Positions 40,594 to 50,600 of a stretch of DNA of 64,000 nt are shown here, in pieces. Origin of the DNA: Spirochaetia bacterium (GTDB lineage Bacteria > Spirochaetota > Spirochaetia > DSM-16054 > Sediminispirochaetaceae). How positions within the stretch are numbered: the stretch's first letter is position 1; each line of letters starts with the position of its first letter. The stretch is from positions 162,785-226,784 of the forward strand of contig JAXHMY010000007.1 of NCBI GenBank assembly GCA_034520965.1, read 5' to 3'. The notes under the pieces were generated by a model. The model was not told where the DNA came from. It did no database searches and worked only from the letters and a program-made list of their open reading frames with translations. The position numbers were made by a program, and so were the translations under genes.

Positions 40594-40980
40594 ATGAGTT
40601 ATTATGAATACAAGAACTTCAGAGAGGCGTGTTGTAGTCACAGGGATTCGATTATACTCATTAATCCTGTCCCTAAAACTGCATACCGAGATTTTAACCT
40701 CAAGAACAAGAAAGAGGTGCTTGATTTCATATGTAACGATGGCCTTGAAGACCGTGTGTTTATCAACACAAAGGAATGGGAAAAGAATCCGAATCCGAAG
40801 GAAGGCATCATGGTTGATGCGTACAAGTTCCGTACAATCCATCGTCTGGGCTATATAGCTTTTATGTATAATGAACACACACAGAAGTGGATAATCAAAT
40901 CTCTGCATCTCTCTGAAGATCGAAACCCAATTATGTACATCGCCTTGCAAAAAGCCGGATTATTCGATTTGGAGGAATAA
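40594..40980 (+). CDS. MqsR-like (RelE-fold) toxin candidate
   Basis: 128 aa; VDAYKF...GYIAF...WIIKSLHLS C-terminal pattern; upstream of a Zn-finger HTH gene. Confidence 0.55.
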   Translation: MSYYEYKNFREACCSHRDSIILINPVPKTAYRDFNLKNKKEVLDFICNDGLEDRVFINTKEWEKNPNPKEGIMVDAYKFRTIHRLGYIAFMYNEHTQKWIIKSLHLSEDRNPIMYIALQKAGLFDLEE

Positions 40981-40981
40981 T

Positions 40982-41617
40982 ATGAATACACCAACTTGCC
41001 CTGTCTGCGGATCGGAAGGAGTCAAAGCCTACACAAAGCGTGAGTATCTGCAAGAGCCTTTCGGCGGACAAACAGCAGTCGAGCTTAAGGAATACCGCTG
41101 CCCGGTATGTGAATCAACCGGAGATCTATTCAATGAGAATGATGAACTTATAGAGCAGACTCAGAACGAGTTGAAATTTCAGAGCGTAAAAAACATACTT
41201 GATGACTTTCATCGTAACAAGATAAGCATGTCTGCCCTGGAACGGGCGCTCGGCATCCCGCAGCGGACATTCACGAAATGGAAAAATGGAAATGCAAAGG
41301 CCTCTGCAACAGGTATTACTCTCTTACGTTTCATTCGGCTTTTCCCTTGGCTGGTCGACGTGGCTGAAAACAAGTATGACTACGATACCGCCCAGAAGAT
41401 TTACATTCAGTCCGCAGTACAGAAACTGCTTTCGAAGGTTGAGTTTGATGCGCGCAGCTTTTCTGAAGCCGGAATAGTGTCAACATCACAATCTGCCTTT
41501 TTTTATATTAATTACAATAAAGGGGAGGAACCATTTCACGAAACAGTTCCAGCGACCTCAGCAGCGCCAGGACTGAATGTAAGTGAAGCTACCCCTTTAT
41601 ATGCTGGAGAAGTGTAA
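40982..41617 (+). CDS. MqsA-like zinc finger + HTH antitoxin with C-terminal extension
   Basis: CPVCG...YRCPVCE; SMSALERALGIPQRTFTKWKNG HTH; about 70 aa extra tail. Confidence 0.75.
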   Translation: MNTPTCPVCGSEGVKAYTKREYLQEPFGGQTAVELKEYRCPVCESTGDLFNENDELIEQTQNELKFQSVKNILDDFHRNKISMSALERALGIPQRTFTKWKNGNAKASATGITLLRFIRLFPWLVDVAENKYDYDTAQKIYIQSAVQKLLSKVEFDARSFSEAGIVSTSQSAFFYINYNKGEEPFHETVPATSAAPGLNVSEATPLYAGEV

Positions 41618-41618
41618 A

Positions 41619-42035
41619 ATGAAGATAGGTAATTTTATTCTTTGTGATGATATCCGCTATGAAGTGGGAAGCAAACTCTCCCTTATGGGGGTGTATGCCG
41701 ATTCAATTGAGTTCAGTGTTCCCCCCGATAAAAAAGACACTTGGCCGAAGCGAATTCGTTTAGCAGTGTATCTGACCGCTGACCTTGAAGGCAAGACTTC
41801 ATCTGCCTTCAAAATAAGAGCAGTTCACGAAAAAGGTGAAGTCATTTTAGGGGAAGGCTCTTTTGAACAAGGCATTGAGGACAAACTGAAAATAGGAATG
41901 GTGAACCGCAACTTCGCTTTCGAAACCGATGGAGAGTATGCTTTCTTTCTGGATGTATTCGATGCAGAAGGAAAACTCATCGAAAGATCCGAACCAGGAT
42001 TTTCAGTGATGGTGAAAGAAAGGGTGGTTGAGTAA
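41619..42035 (+). CDS. DUF6941-like small beta-rich protein
   Basis: FILCDDIRYEVGSKLSLMGVY N-terminal motif, F..DGEY near the C-terminus. Confidence 0.65.
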   Translation: MKIGNFILCDDIRYEVGSKLSLMGVYADSIEFSVPPDKKDTWPKRIRLAVYLTADLEGKTSSAFKIRAVHEKGEVILGEGSFEQGIEDKLKIGMVNRNFAFETDGEYAFFLDVFDAEGKLIERSEPGFSVMVKERVVE

Positions 42036-42114
42036 TGCGTAATGGGTAATCCTTATTTGAACTATTGATGGATAGGGTATATGCTGTTGCTATCATATAA
42101 ACTAGGATAAGGCT

Positions 42115-44667
42115 ATGTCGCAGAAACTGATAGATGCATTGCACACCCACTTCAAGAAACACCGCATTATATTCTGGTACGATGAGAACGAGGCCAAACG
42201 CGATTTGTTTGCGAGCTATCAGAACAGCGATGTTCACAAGCTTGAGGTGCAGAACAACGAGTTTTGGTTAAAGTACCATATACTGCGAGAAAAGCCGGGC
42301 GACAAGTTTCTGGTCTACAGCCCGCAGGCTCGCCCTGAGGATGAAAGCAATTGGCTGCTGGATCTCAATTTGGCCCATTTTGTGTTTGCCACCGACGAGG
42401 TGGCGCTTTTGTTGCAGGAGCTTGAACTCGGGAACCAGCACGCCGGATTTATTAGGGAGCATGTTGATTTTTTTGCGAACACCGCTGAAAGGCTGGAACC
42501 GTTCAAGAAACAGCTTGGTTCGCAGGAGACCAAGCGCAGCCTCTCCTATGCAATGCTGGCAGTGCTCTGTAGCCGGAGCCTACGTCAAAAGTCTGTGCGA
42601 AAAGACCTGATGGGCTTGCTGCCGACTCTCATAGAAAACGAGCTCATCGAAGACGGACTGTTTTATCAGAATATTCAAAAATATGGTGTTGCGAGTTTTT
42701 TCTGGGATGAAGTGGCCACACGTTTTGGCTATACCTCCGACCACCCCTCACTAAAGGGATTTGTACTGCATCTGTTTCAATCCGCCCTCTATTTCGCGAC
42801 CGGTGCGGAAAGCTCTGCTTATGCAAAAGAGGCTTTTACATTTCTGGATACCTGGCGCAGTTTTACCGGCAGCGTAAAAAACTACATGCAGATTGCTGAA
42901 ATGATGGAAGCTGAGCTCAACATCGATCATGAAATAAAGCAGGTTGATATAAGCATTCTTACAGGCATCGATCTGTTTAAGAGTATCGACAAACGTATTC
43001 TCGGTTATCTGACCACGCATGCTGTAGATGAGACCATAGAAACCGAAAAAGCTTTGGCAATAATCCGTGCACGACGTGAGAACTTCTGGTATTCGAATGA
43101 GGCGGAAGGAAAACTCCGCGATTACTACTCGGCTTTGGAAGCCTTTTTCACCTATCAATATAAACGGGGAGTAGTAGAAAGTGTAAAAAGTCGGAAGCTT
43201 GGGAAAACTGAATTGTGGAAGCTCTACGTTGAGGGGCTGTACGAACTGGATACTCTGCATCGGAGATTTCTATTCCACTATAACCGTACCACCGCCGATC
43301 CTAACTTTCACAGTCTGCTTGAGAAAATGGAAAAGCATTATCTGAATGCCTTTCAGTTTGAGGTGCAGCGCATGTGGGAACAGTGCTACACATCCGAATC
43401 TCTCGATCCACCCTCCGGAATCCGGCGGCAGTCTGATTTTTTTGACAGGTATGTCAGCCCCTATGTAGATGAGGACAAGGTTTTGTTTGTGCTTATATCG
43501 GATGCTCTGCGCTATGAGGTCGGGGTGGAACTGTCTACTCGCCTCCGCAGGACCAATCGTTTTCAAGTTCAACTAGATTCTATGCAGGCCAGTATTCCAA
43601 GCTTTACCCAGTTAGGCATGGCCGCGCTTTTGCCGCATGTGAAACTGGAAATAGACGCCGAAAGTGGGAATGTCCTGGTGGACGACCAAAAATCCGCTGG
43701 AGTAAGTCAGCGGCAGAAGATCCTGGAACATTTTTTCTCTAAGGAATATCCTCAAAAGACCGTGAAAGCCATGCAGGCCGATGACTTCAACCATATGTCC
43801 CAGGAACAGCAGTTGCAGGAGATCAACGGGGTAAGTCTATTTTTCCTGTTTCATAATCACATTGATGCTATTGGGGACAACGCCAAGACTGAAGCTGGTC
43901 TTCCGGCGGCGGTGGAAGAGGAGATTAGCTTTCTTACAAATCTCTGCCGTAAAATCACCAACTTAAACCGTACACATCTGCTTATTACCGCCGACCATGG
44001 ATTTCTCTTTCAGCACAAGGATATTGATGAATCCGACAGTGTCTCAATAAAAACCATGGCCCATGAGTTTCGGCGGAACCGGCGGTTTATACTCGGATCA
44101 AAACTCACCAAAAAAGACGGTCTTACCCGTATTGATGGACAGGCCTTGAGATTGCAGTCAGAGATCCAAGTGATGGTACCCCAGGGTTTAAGCCGAATTT
44201 CGGTAAAAGGTGGCGGCCGCCGGTTCGTTCACGGTGGGATATCTCCGCAGGAAATCATTCTTCCTCTTATCACAATACGGAAAACCCGTAATGATGATGT
44301 CGGCACGGTGGATGTGGAAGTGCTCAAAAAGGGTGAGCTGATATCTTCGGGTCAGGTCACCATAAAATTTTTCCAGTCCCAGCCGGTGGGCCCCAAAATG
44401 AATCCCCGCACTTTACTCATTCGCTTTGAAGCTGATGAGGGACAGGTGCTGTCCAACAACGTCGAAGCGATCTTTGACAACGCCGATAAATATGAGCAAA
44501 ACCGTGGCAAGAGTTATAGTTTTACCTTCAACCGCGATGCCGAGCGATACAACGACAGGTATATTACGCTGAAAATGTACGATAAAAAAGAGGGTGGCAC
44601 ACTCGTGTTTTATAATGAGTACTCCTATAAGTACAGAACCAAGATGGAAAAAGATTTTGATTTATAA
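42115..44667 (+). CDS. pglZ: BREX phosphatase PglZ (type A)
   Basis: RIIFWYD, ISDALRYEVG, PSFTQLGMAALLPH, HNHIDAIGD, ITADHGF, FVHGGISPQE. Confidence 0.96.
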   Translation: MSQKLIDALHTHFKKHRIIFWYDENEAKRDLFASYQNSDVHKLEVQNNEFWLKYHILREKPGDKFLVYSPQARPEDESNWLLDLNLAHFVFATDEVALLLQELELGNQHAGFIREHVDFFANTAERLEPFKKQLGSQETKRSLSYAMLAVLCSRSLRQKSVRKDLMGLLPTLIENELIEDGLFYQNIQKYGVASFFWDEVATRFGYTSDHPSLKGFVLHLFQSALYFATGAESSAYAKEAFTFLDTWRSFTGSVKNYMQIAEMMEAELNIDHEIKQVDISILTGIDLFKSIDKRILGYLTTHAVDETIETEKALAIIRARRENFWYSNEAEGKLRDYYSALEAFFTYQYKRGVVESVKSRKLGKTELWKLYVEGLYELDTLHRRFLFHYNRTTADPNFHSLLEKMEKHYLNAFQFEVQRMWEQCYTSESLDPPSGIRRQSDFFDRYVSPYVDEDKVLFVLISDALRYEVGVELSTRLRRTNRFQVQLDSMQASIPSFTQLGMAALLPHVKLEIDAESGNVLVDDQKSAGVSQRQKILEHFFSKEYPQKTVKAMQADDFNHMSQEQQLQEINGVSLFFLFHNHIDAIGDNAKTEAGLPAAVEEEISFLTNLCRKITNLNRTHLLITADHGFLFQHKDIDESDSVSIKTMAHEFRRNRRFILGSKLTKKDGLTRIDGQALRLQSEIQVMVPQGLSRISVKGGGRRFVHGGISPQEIILPLITIRKTRNDDVGTVDVEVLKKGELISSGQVTIKFFQSQPVGPKMNPRTLLIRFEADEGQVLSNNVEAIFDNADKYEQNRGKSYSFTFNRDAERYNDRYITLKMYDKKEGGTLVFYNEYSYKYRTKMEKDFDL

Positions 44668-44685
44668 GCGAGAGGAGCAGTAGTA

Positions 44686-46749
44686 ATGGTACCGGAAGAA
44701 AAAATACACGAACAATTTGCCGGATTCCTGGTTCGCAAAGACCTCTCCAAGTTGGTGAAAGGGAATGCGCTGGTTCCCACCTATGTGCTGGAATACTTGC
44801 TGGGGCAGTACTGTGCTACCAACGATGAGGACTCCATTAAGTCCGGCATTGAGACTGTACGTATGATTTTGGAGAAACATTACGTAAACCGAAACGAGTC
44901 CGAACTGGTACGCTCGAAGATAAAAGAGGAGGGGCGATTTAAGATCATTGATCGAATCGTGGTTGCCCTGAACGATAAAGATGATGTGTATGAAGCGACT
45001 TTTTCAAACTTGGGACTGAAGAAGGTAGTTGTTGATGGGGAATATGTAAAGGAACATCCAAAGCTTCTGGTAGGAGGCGTGTGGTGTATACTCGACATGG
45101 AGTACAGCCACGAAAACGAACCAAAAAATTCTCCTTGGATTATTGAAAGCCTCAAACCGATTCAGATATCACACGTCGATTTCAATTTTTTTCATGAAGC
45201 ACGTCGCGCATTTACCGTTGAACAATGGCTCGATTTAATAATCCAAAGTCTAGGTTTCAATCCTGATGAATTGGGGTATCGTAACAAGTTATTTCAGATT
45301 ATTCGCCTAATACCCTATTGTGAGAACAACTACAATGTGATCGAGCTCGGTCCGAAGGGAACCGGTAAATCCCACATCTTCTCCGAGTTCTCGCCCCACG
45401 GTATTCTGGTCTCCGGCGGAGAAGTCAGCCTCGCTAAACTGTTTGTAAACAACAGTAGCGGCCGACTTGGTTTAGTTGGATATTGGGATGTGGTGGCTTT
45501 CGATGAATTTGCCGGCGCCGGCAAAAAGGCTGATAAAAGCCTGGTAGATGTAATGAAGAACTACATGGCCAACCGCAGTTTCTCCCGCGGCACCGAACAG
45601 CTGACCGCCGATGCATCGATGGCCTTTGTCGGCAATACCTCCAAAAGCGTATCCTACATGCTCAAACACTCCAACCTGTTTAACGATCTGCCCGCCGGAT
45701 ACCAGGATTCAGCCTTTTTAGACCGAATCCACTATTACATTCCCGGTTGGGAGGTAAGCATTATCCGCAACGAAATGTTCACCGACGGCTTCGGTTTCAT
45801 TGTTGATTATCTGGCCCAAGTGTTCAAACTGCTTCGCTTTCAGGACTACTCCGAGGTATGGCGTACGCATTTCGAGCTCGATCCGAGCCTCTCGACCAGA
45901 GATAAGGAGGGCATCGGTAAGTCTCTCTCTGGGCTGATCAAAATTCTGTATCCCCATAAAGAGGTCACTAAAAGTGATCTCGAGCCCCTGCTACGCTTTG
46001 CAATAGAAGGCCGCAAACGGGTTAAATCTGAAATTTACAAGATAGACAGAACCTTTGACCCAGTGAAGTTTCAATATAAAGACCTGCACTCCGGCGAGAC
46101 AAAAGAAGTAGAGACCAACGAAGAGAAACAGTACCCGATATTTTTCGGGAAAAGTGATCAACTACGTACCTCCACGGCGGTTGAAACCGATTCCGGTGTA
46201 CATGATGGTTCCTCAACTCAAGAATCCGCGGATGTCAGTTCTCCAACTTCAGACACGGATAGCGCAGCGAAGGAAGAACACTTTATTGTCACTGAAAACC
46301 AGATGGGCATCAGTTATACAAAACTTTTCGATCCCTATCTGAAAGGCGCTCAGGAAATTACCATAGTTGATCCTTACATCCGCCGCACCTTCCAATTCAG
46401 AAACTTAGTTGAGTTTATGCAGGTGGTCACAACAGTGAAGCAGGAAGGCGATGAAGTGTCCGTTCATCTTGTTACTGATAATGGCGACTCGAGCCGGGTA
46501 GAAATAGAAAGCGAACTGAAGCGAATACAGGAAAACCTACTGAACGTAGACATTAACTTTACCTTTGAGTTTGCCGGTAAGCATTCGATCCATGCCCGCA
46601 GTATCAGCACCGACACAGGCTGGAAAATCTCACTCGATCGTGGCTTGGACATCTTCCAGAAATATGACACTCATCCTCTGGCAATTGAATCGTTCTGTCA
46701 GGAGGCGCGTTTCTGTAAGGCCTTCGAGATCACATATATTAAGGTGTAG
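44686..46749 (+). CDS. brxL: BREX BrxL with C-terminal MIT_C/PLD-like domain
   Basis: VPTYVLEYLLGQYC, ELGPKGTGKSH, VAFDEFAG, AFLDRIH; C-term IVDPYIR...IHARSI.TDTGWKISLDRGLD. Confidence 0.93.
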   Translation: MVPEEKIHEQFAGFLVRKDLSKLVKGNALVPTYVLEYLLGQYCATNDEDSIKSGIETVRMILEKHYVNRNESELVRSKIKEEGRFKIIDRIVVALNDKDDVYEATFSNLGLKKVVVDGEYVKEHPKLLVGGVWCILDMEYSHENEPKNSPWIIESLKPIQISHVDFNFFHEARRAFTVEQWLDLIIQSLGFNPDELGYRNKLFQIIRLIPYCENNYNVIELGPKGTGKSHIFSEFSPHGILVSGGEVSLAKLFVNNSSGRLGLVGYWDVVAFDEFAGAGKKADKSLVDVMKNYMANRSFSRGTEQLTADASMAFVGNTSKSVSYMLKHSNLFNDLPAGYQDSAFLDRIHYYIPGWEVSIIRNEMFTDGFGFIVDYLAQVFKLLRFQDYSEVWRTHFELDPSLSTRDKEGIGKSLSGLIKILYPHKEVTKSDLEPLLRFAIEGRKRVKSEIYKIDRTFDPVKFQYKDLHSGETKEVETNEEKQYPIFFGKSDQLRTSTAVETDSGVHDGSSTQESADVSSPTSDTDSAAKEEHFIVTENQMGISYTKLFDPYLKGAQEITIVDPYIRRTFQFRNLVEFMQVVTTVKQEGDEVSVHLVTDNGDSSRVEIESELKRIQENLLNVDINFTFEFAGKHSIHARSISTDTGWKISLDRGLDIFQKYDTHPLAIESFCQEARFCKAFEITYIKV

Positions 46750-46760
46750 ATGAAGTGCGA

Positions 46761-46798
46761 TTGAAAGGAGTTTTATCAAACGGTAGAACTCCTTTCAA
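46761..46798. terminator. Stem-loop between convergent genes (putative terminator)
   Basis: TTGAAAGGAGTT...AACTCCTTTCAA 12-bp perfect inverted repeat, extendable with G-U pairs; no clear U-tract. Confidence 0.6.
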
Positions 46799-46924
46799 CA
46801 GAGGGAAGCAGTGCCAACAGCCGCAAAGATATCTCTAAAAGCATTTGGCGGGATATCACCAATAAAAATGAGCAGGGGAACCTGAAACCCAGGCGCAAAC
46901 CGTATCTGAGTAAATCTTCTACGG

Positions 46925-47473
46925 TTAAGTCTTGACATCTGGAACATTCCCTGAAATCTGGCCTAATGCCAGTAGGTCAACGAAGTCCGCATGCGAAGCG
47001 GACTTTATGGTGTTTGTAGAGCTATTAATATCATGAATCAAACCTGGAAGCCGTAATACTTCGACCCTATGTTTTTTTATCAGCTCAACCTCTGCCTCGG
47101 ATTTCACCTTATTTATGATCAGGATACGCTTCCAGGTACCAACAAAGAGTTTCTTGAGTAGTTTTTCTTTCTTTGAATTGAAGAACTTTTTTGAAACCCA
47201 TTCTTCAACACCCAGTACAAGTTCTTCTTCAGATCTTTTCATACTGTTTGAAGGTCTCCCATTGCGTTGTGCTGCAATTGGTACCTTTGAGATGTAGCTA
47301 ATAGGTCGAATCGATGCTTGGACCTCGATATGTACGTTCTCTCGTTCTCCAGAAACCAGCACTCGAGTACCTAAGATATCAATTTCTTGTACACCTACTT
47401 TAATCCCCCTAATGGTGAAATAGCCTTTTCGATTGAAGTACTCTTCTACTAACTCTTCCGCTAATAACGCCAT
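46925..47473 (-). CDS. PD-(D/E)XK family nuclease-like protein
   Basis: MALLAEELVEEYFNRKGYFTIRGIKVGVQEIDIL...HIEVQ; AGGAGAG RBS upstream. Confidence 0.7.
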   Translation of the reverse strand: MALLAEELVEEYFNRKGYFTIRGIKVGVQEIDILGTRVLVSGERENVHIEVQASIRPISYISKVPIAAQRNGRPSNSMKRSEEELVLGVEEWVSKKFFNSKKEKLLKKLFVGTWKRILIINKVKSEAEVELIKKHRVEVLRLPGLIHDINSSTNTIKSASHADFVDLLALGQISGNVPDVKT

Positions 47474-47687
47474 ATATTGAATCTCTCCTATTCGTAATCG
47501 TAAATTACGACTTTGATTTATGCTACTATGGGCTAATGATAATTTAAAATTATCTGAAAATGTCAACACCGGAGTAGAAAGGCAATTTTCCACTGTATAT
47601 TCTTAAGGTAATGATTGAAAAGACTGTTATATTCCTATGCGAATTTTCAGAAAACCTCACCTTTACCATTAAACAAAACCTAACCGC

Positions 47688-50600
47688 TCAACCCATTTCC
47701 TTTCTCAACCTCAAACTCGGCAACACAATCCGGTATTCTTTTTCTTCGGTCTGGTCTTTCCATACAAGGATAAAACTGGCTTTCGCGCTTTCTATGTGGT
47801 AGCCTTTGTTAATCCATTTTTCTTTTATTTCGGTGGAAAAGCGTTTCGAAAAATTGAGTGCTGCCCGGCCGGTGGAGGTGTAGAGGGTGTTTTCCTGGTC
47901 ACCGGTAAAAAGAATATCACCGGCTGTGAGGTTTTTGACTATATGCTGTTTTGAGTTATGTTCAAAACCCCCGAGATACACATCTCGATGTCCAAGCTGG
48001 ATGACTATTTCGCTTGGCGATGCATATTCATTAGTAACTGCTTCATAATGTAAGTCCGGAATATCTTTGGAAAATGCAATTTCCTGAGTATTCGTATGAA
48101 TAGATAGATTGTTTTTAGCACGGGTTATCGCCACATACAGTAGCCTTTTTCGTTCATCCGATGTAAGCTGATAATTACGCAGCATGATATACACATTATC
48201 GAACTCTTTTCCCTTTGACTTATGCATGGTGGAAACAACTACGGTATCTTTCTTAGGAATGTACGCATCTTCCACTTTTATTTCATTGACAAATGTAGTC
48301 CATTCGGAAATCGTTTTCTGCGGATATGTTTTCTCAAAGAGGTAAATGAGTTCATTGAATAAGTTTAGATTGATTGATTTAGAAAATTTCTTTCGTATGT
48401 GCTGCACAGACTGAAGCCAGTATTGTTCATCGATGCCACTGAATGCGTTTTCTTTATTTCTTTCCAAATAGAAGGTGAATGTCCTCAATTCCAATAAATT
48501 CGATACTGAAAATTGATTGTCCGAAATGATCAACCTGGCATTTATACCTTTTTGTTCGAGCAATCCATGAACCAGTGCAGATTCTTCATTTGTAAATGTT
48601 AATATGGCTGTAGAGCCAGCTGGCTGTTCTTGGCATAATTGTTCAACAACAGGTTGGTATAGATTTTCAGTTGTATAGGAGAAGAGCTTTATTTCGCCCG
48701 TCTGCGAGCGGTGCGGCTGCAGCTGATTGCTTTTCAGGCGGTTCTGAATGGTGTGTACATAGTGGTTGGAAAATTGCACAATATTTCGTACACTTCGGAA
48801 ATTTGTCAGCAGTTCAATTGATCTGGCGTTATACCGTGTGGCAAATGCTCTGAAATTCTCCACTGAAGCACCGCGGAATTCATACACATTCTGGTCGTCG
48901 TCACCCACAATTATCGATCGGATTGTTTCAGCTTTTTTAATAATCAGATTTACCAGTGCAAACTCATTTGATCCAACGTCTTGGAACTCATCTATAAGTA
49001 ATATACTTTTGGTTGTGATTTTATCTTCTGTTAATTCACCTTTTTCAAGCTTATCGATTGTAGCTTCAATTATATTTTCGGATTTGTGAATATTTCCTTG
49101 GATACCATTTAGTTCAAAACAGAGCCCGTGGAAGGTATAGATATCAAGTGCATAGGCCATTTTACCGAGAAACTGGAACAGTCTGTCTTTTAGCTCCATT
49201 GCTGCAATTCGTGAAAATGCAAGCATTAGAAACTGTTCCGGCTTCACATCTTCCATCAAAATGAGAGAGGCAATTTTATGAACCAGAACCCTTGTTTTGC
49301 CGCTGCCCGGTCCGGCCGCCACCATGATGTGTTGACTTGTATTATCTTGAATAACCGCGAGCTGCTCCTGCGAGACGTCGTTGATGAGTCGGTTGAACTT
49401 CTCCAATGTAAGCGGGCGCTCTATTTCGGTTTTTCGGTTTGGAAAATGCTTTTTAATAAAATCTGCGTACTCGAGTGTAAAATAGTCGTCTACAAATACA
49501 AGCGCAGACTCATAATCATCAATCATCCGCTTAGCATATTCACCGGCAATGTGGACCTGTTGTATACGATTTTGATAGTACTCTTCAAGGGTGGAATAGT
49601 CATCCTGGGTATATCTTTTCCGGTTGTTTTTTTCAATTCTATCGATGGTAATGGCTGGATAATATACGAAAAAGCCATCGACCAATTCTATGACTTTTGT
49701 CTTCCCAAGGAACAGCAATACAGCTTCAATCTCTTCAATTTCAAAGGCTTCCCCTAATAATCCCTGAGTTAATGTATCCTTTAACTGAACTATCGAAAAA
49801 TCTATTTGACTTCTATTCTTCGCATCAATACTTTCGGACTTTGTGCTATGTTCAATAAAGTACTCAATTACTCTTCCCGAAAGGTCGTTTTGTCTATGTA
49901 ATCTGTTTTTAATAATGTCACCAGAAAACTGAAACTCAATTTGATAGTAGGTACCATTGTTACTTTTCGTATAGTCGACCCATCCAGCTGCCTTCCAATA
50001 GTGAAGTACTGATTCTATCTCCTTTACATAATAAGTGTCTGAGGATTCCTTTTGAAGCTCTTCATTCACCTGTTTTAAGTTTACGATTACTTTTTCCTCT
50101 GCATAATGTTCTAATAGCTTCTTCTCTATCTCCATTAATCTTTTAAGAATAGTTTTAGCACCATCACGATTTGTTGAAGTATCAATTGAAATAACCAGAT
50201 CCTTCCGGTCTCCCAGTACTCCTACTTCCCGTAAAATATTGATGTATCTGCAGGTTGTACGCATATCCAGGCCTACCTTGTCTGCCAGATAATCGACCTG
50301 CTGCTCCTTTTTACTGCGTTTCACCATGATTCTGATTATTGCGTCAAGATTCTGAAGGTCGCTCTTATCTAAATTGGCATAGGTGCGAATCTTTTTTTTG
50401 GCCTCGATAATGTTTCTTATTTGGAAACTATCAGCATAGACCCGTGGAACGTTCATGCCTCTGTGTACATAGTTGCATTTTTCCAATGCGGCAATTGATG
50501 TTTTTACTTTTGTGTCTATATCGTATTGTTCTTGATCCCAGCCGGCTTCACGGGCAATTTCCAGCGCAGATTTTGAAATGCGGTTCTTATTACCGGATAA

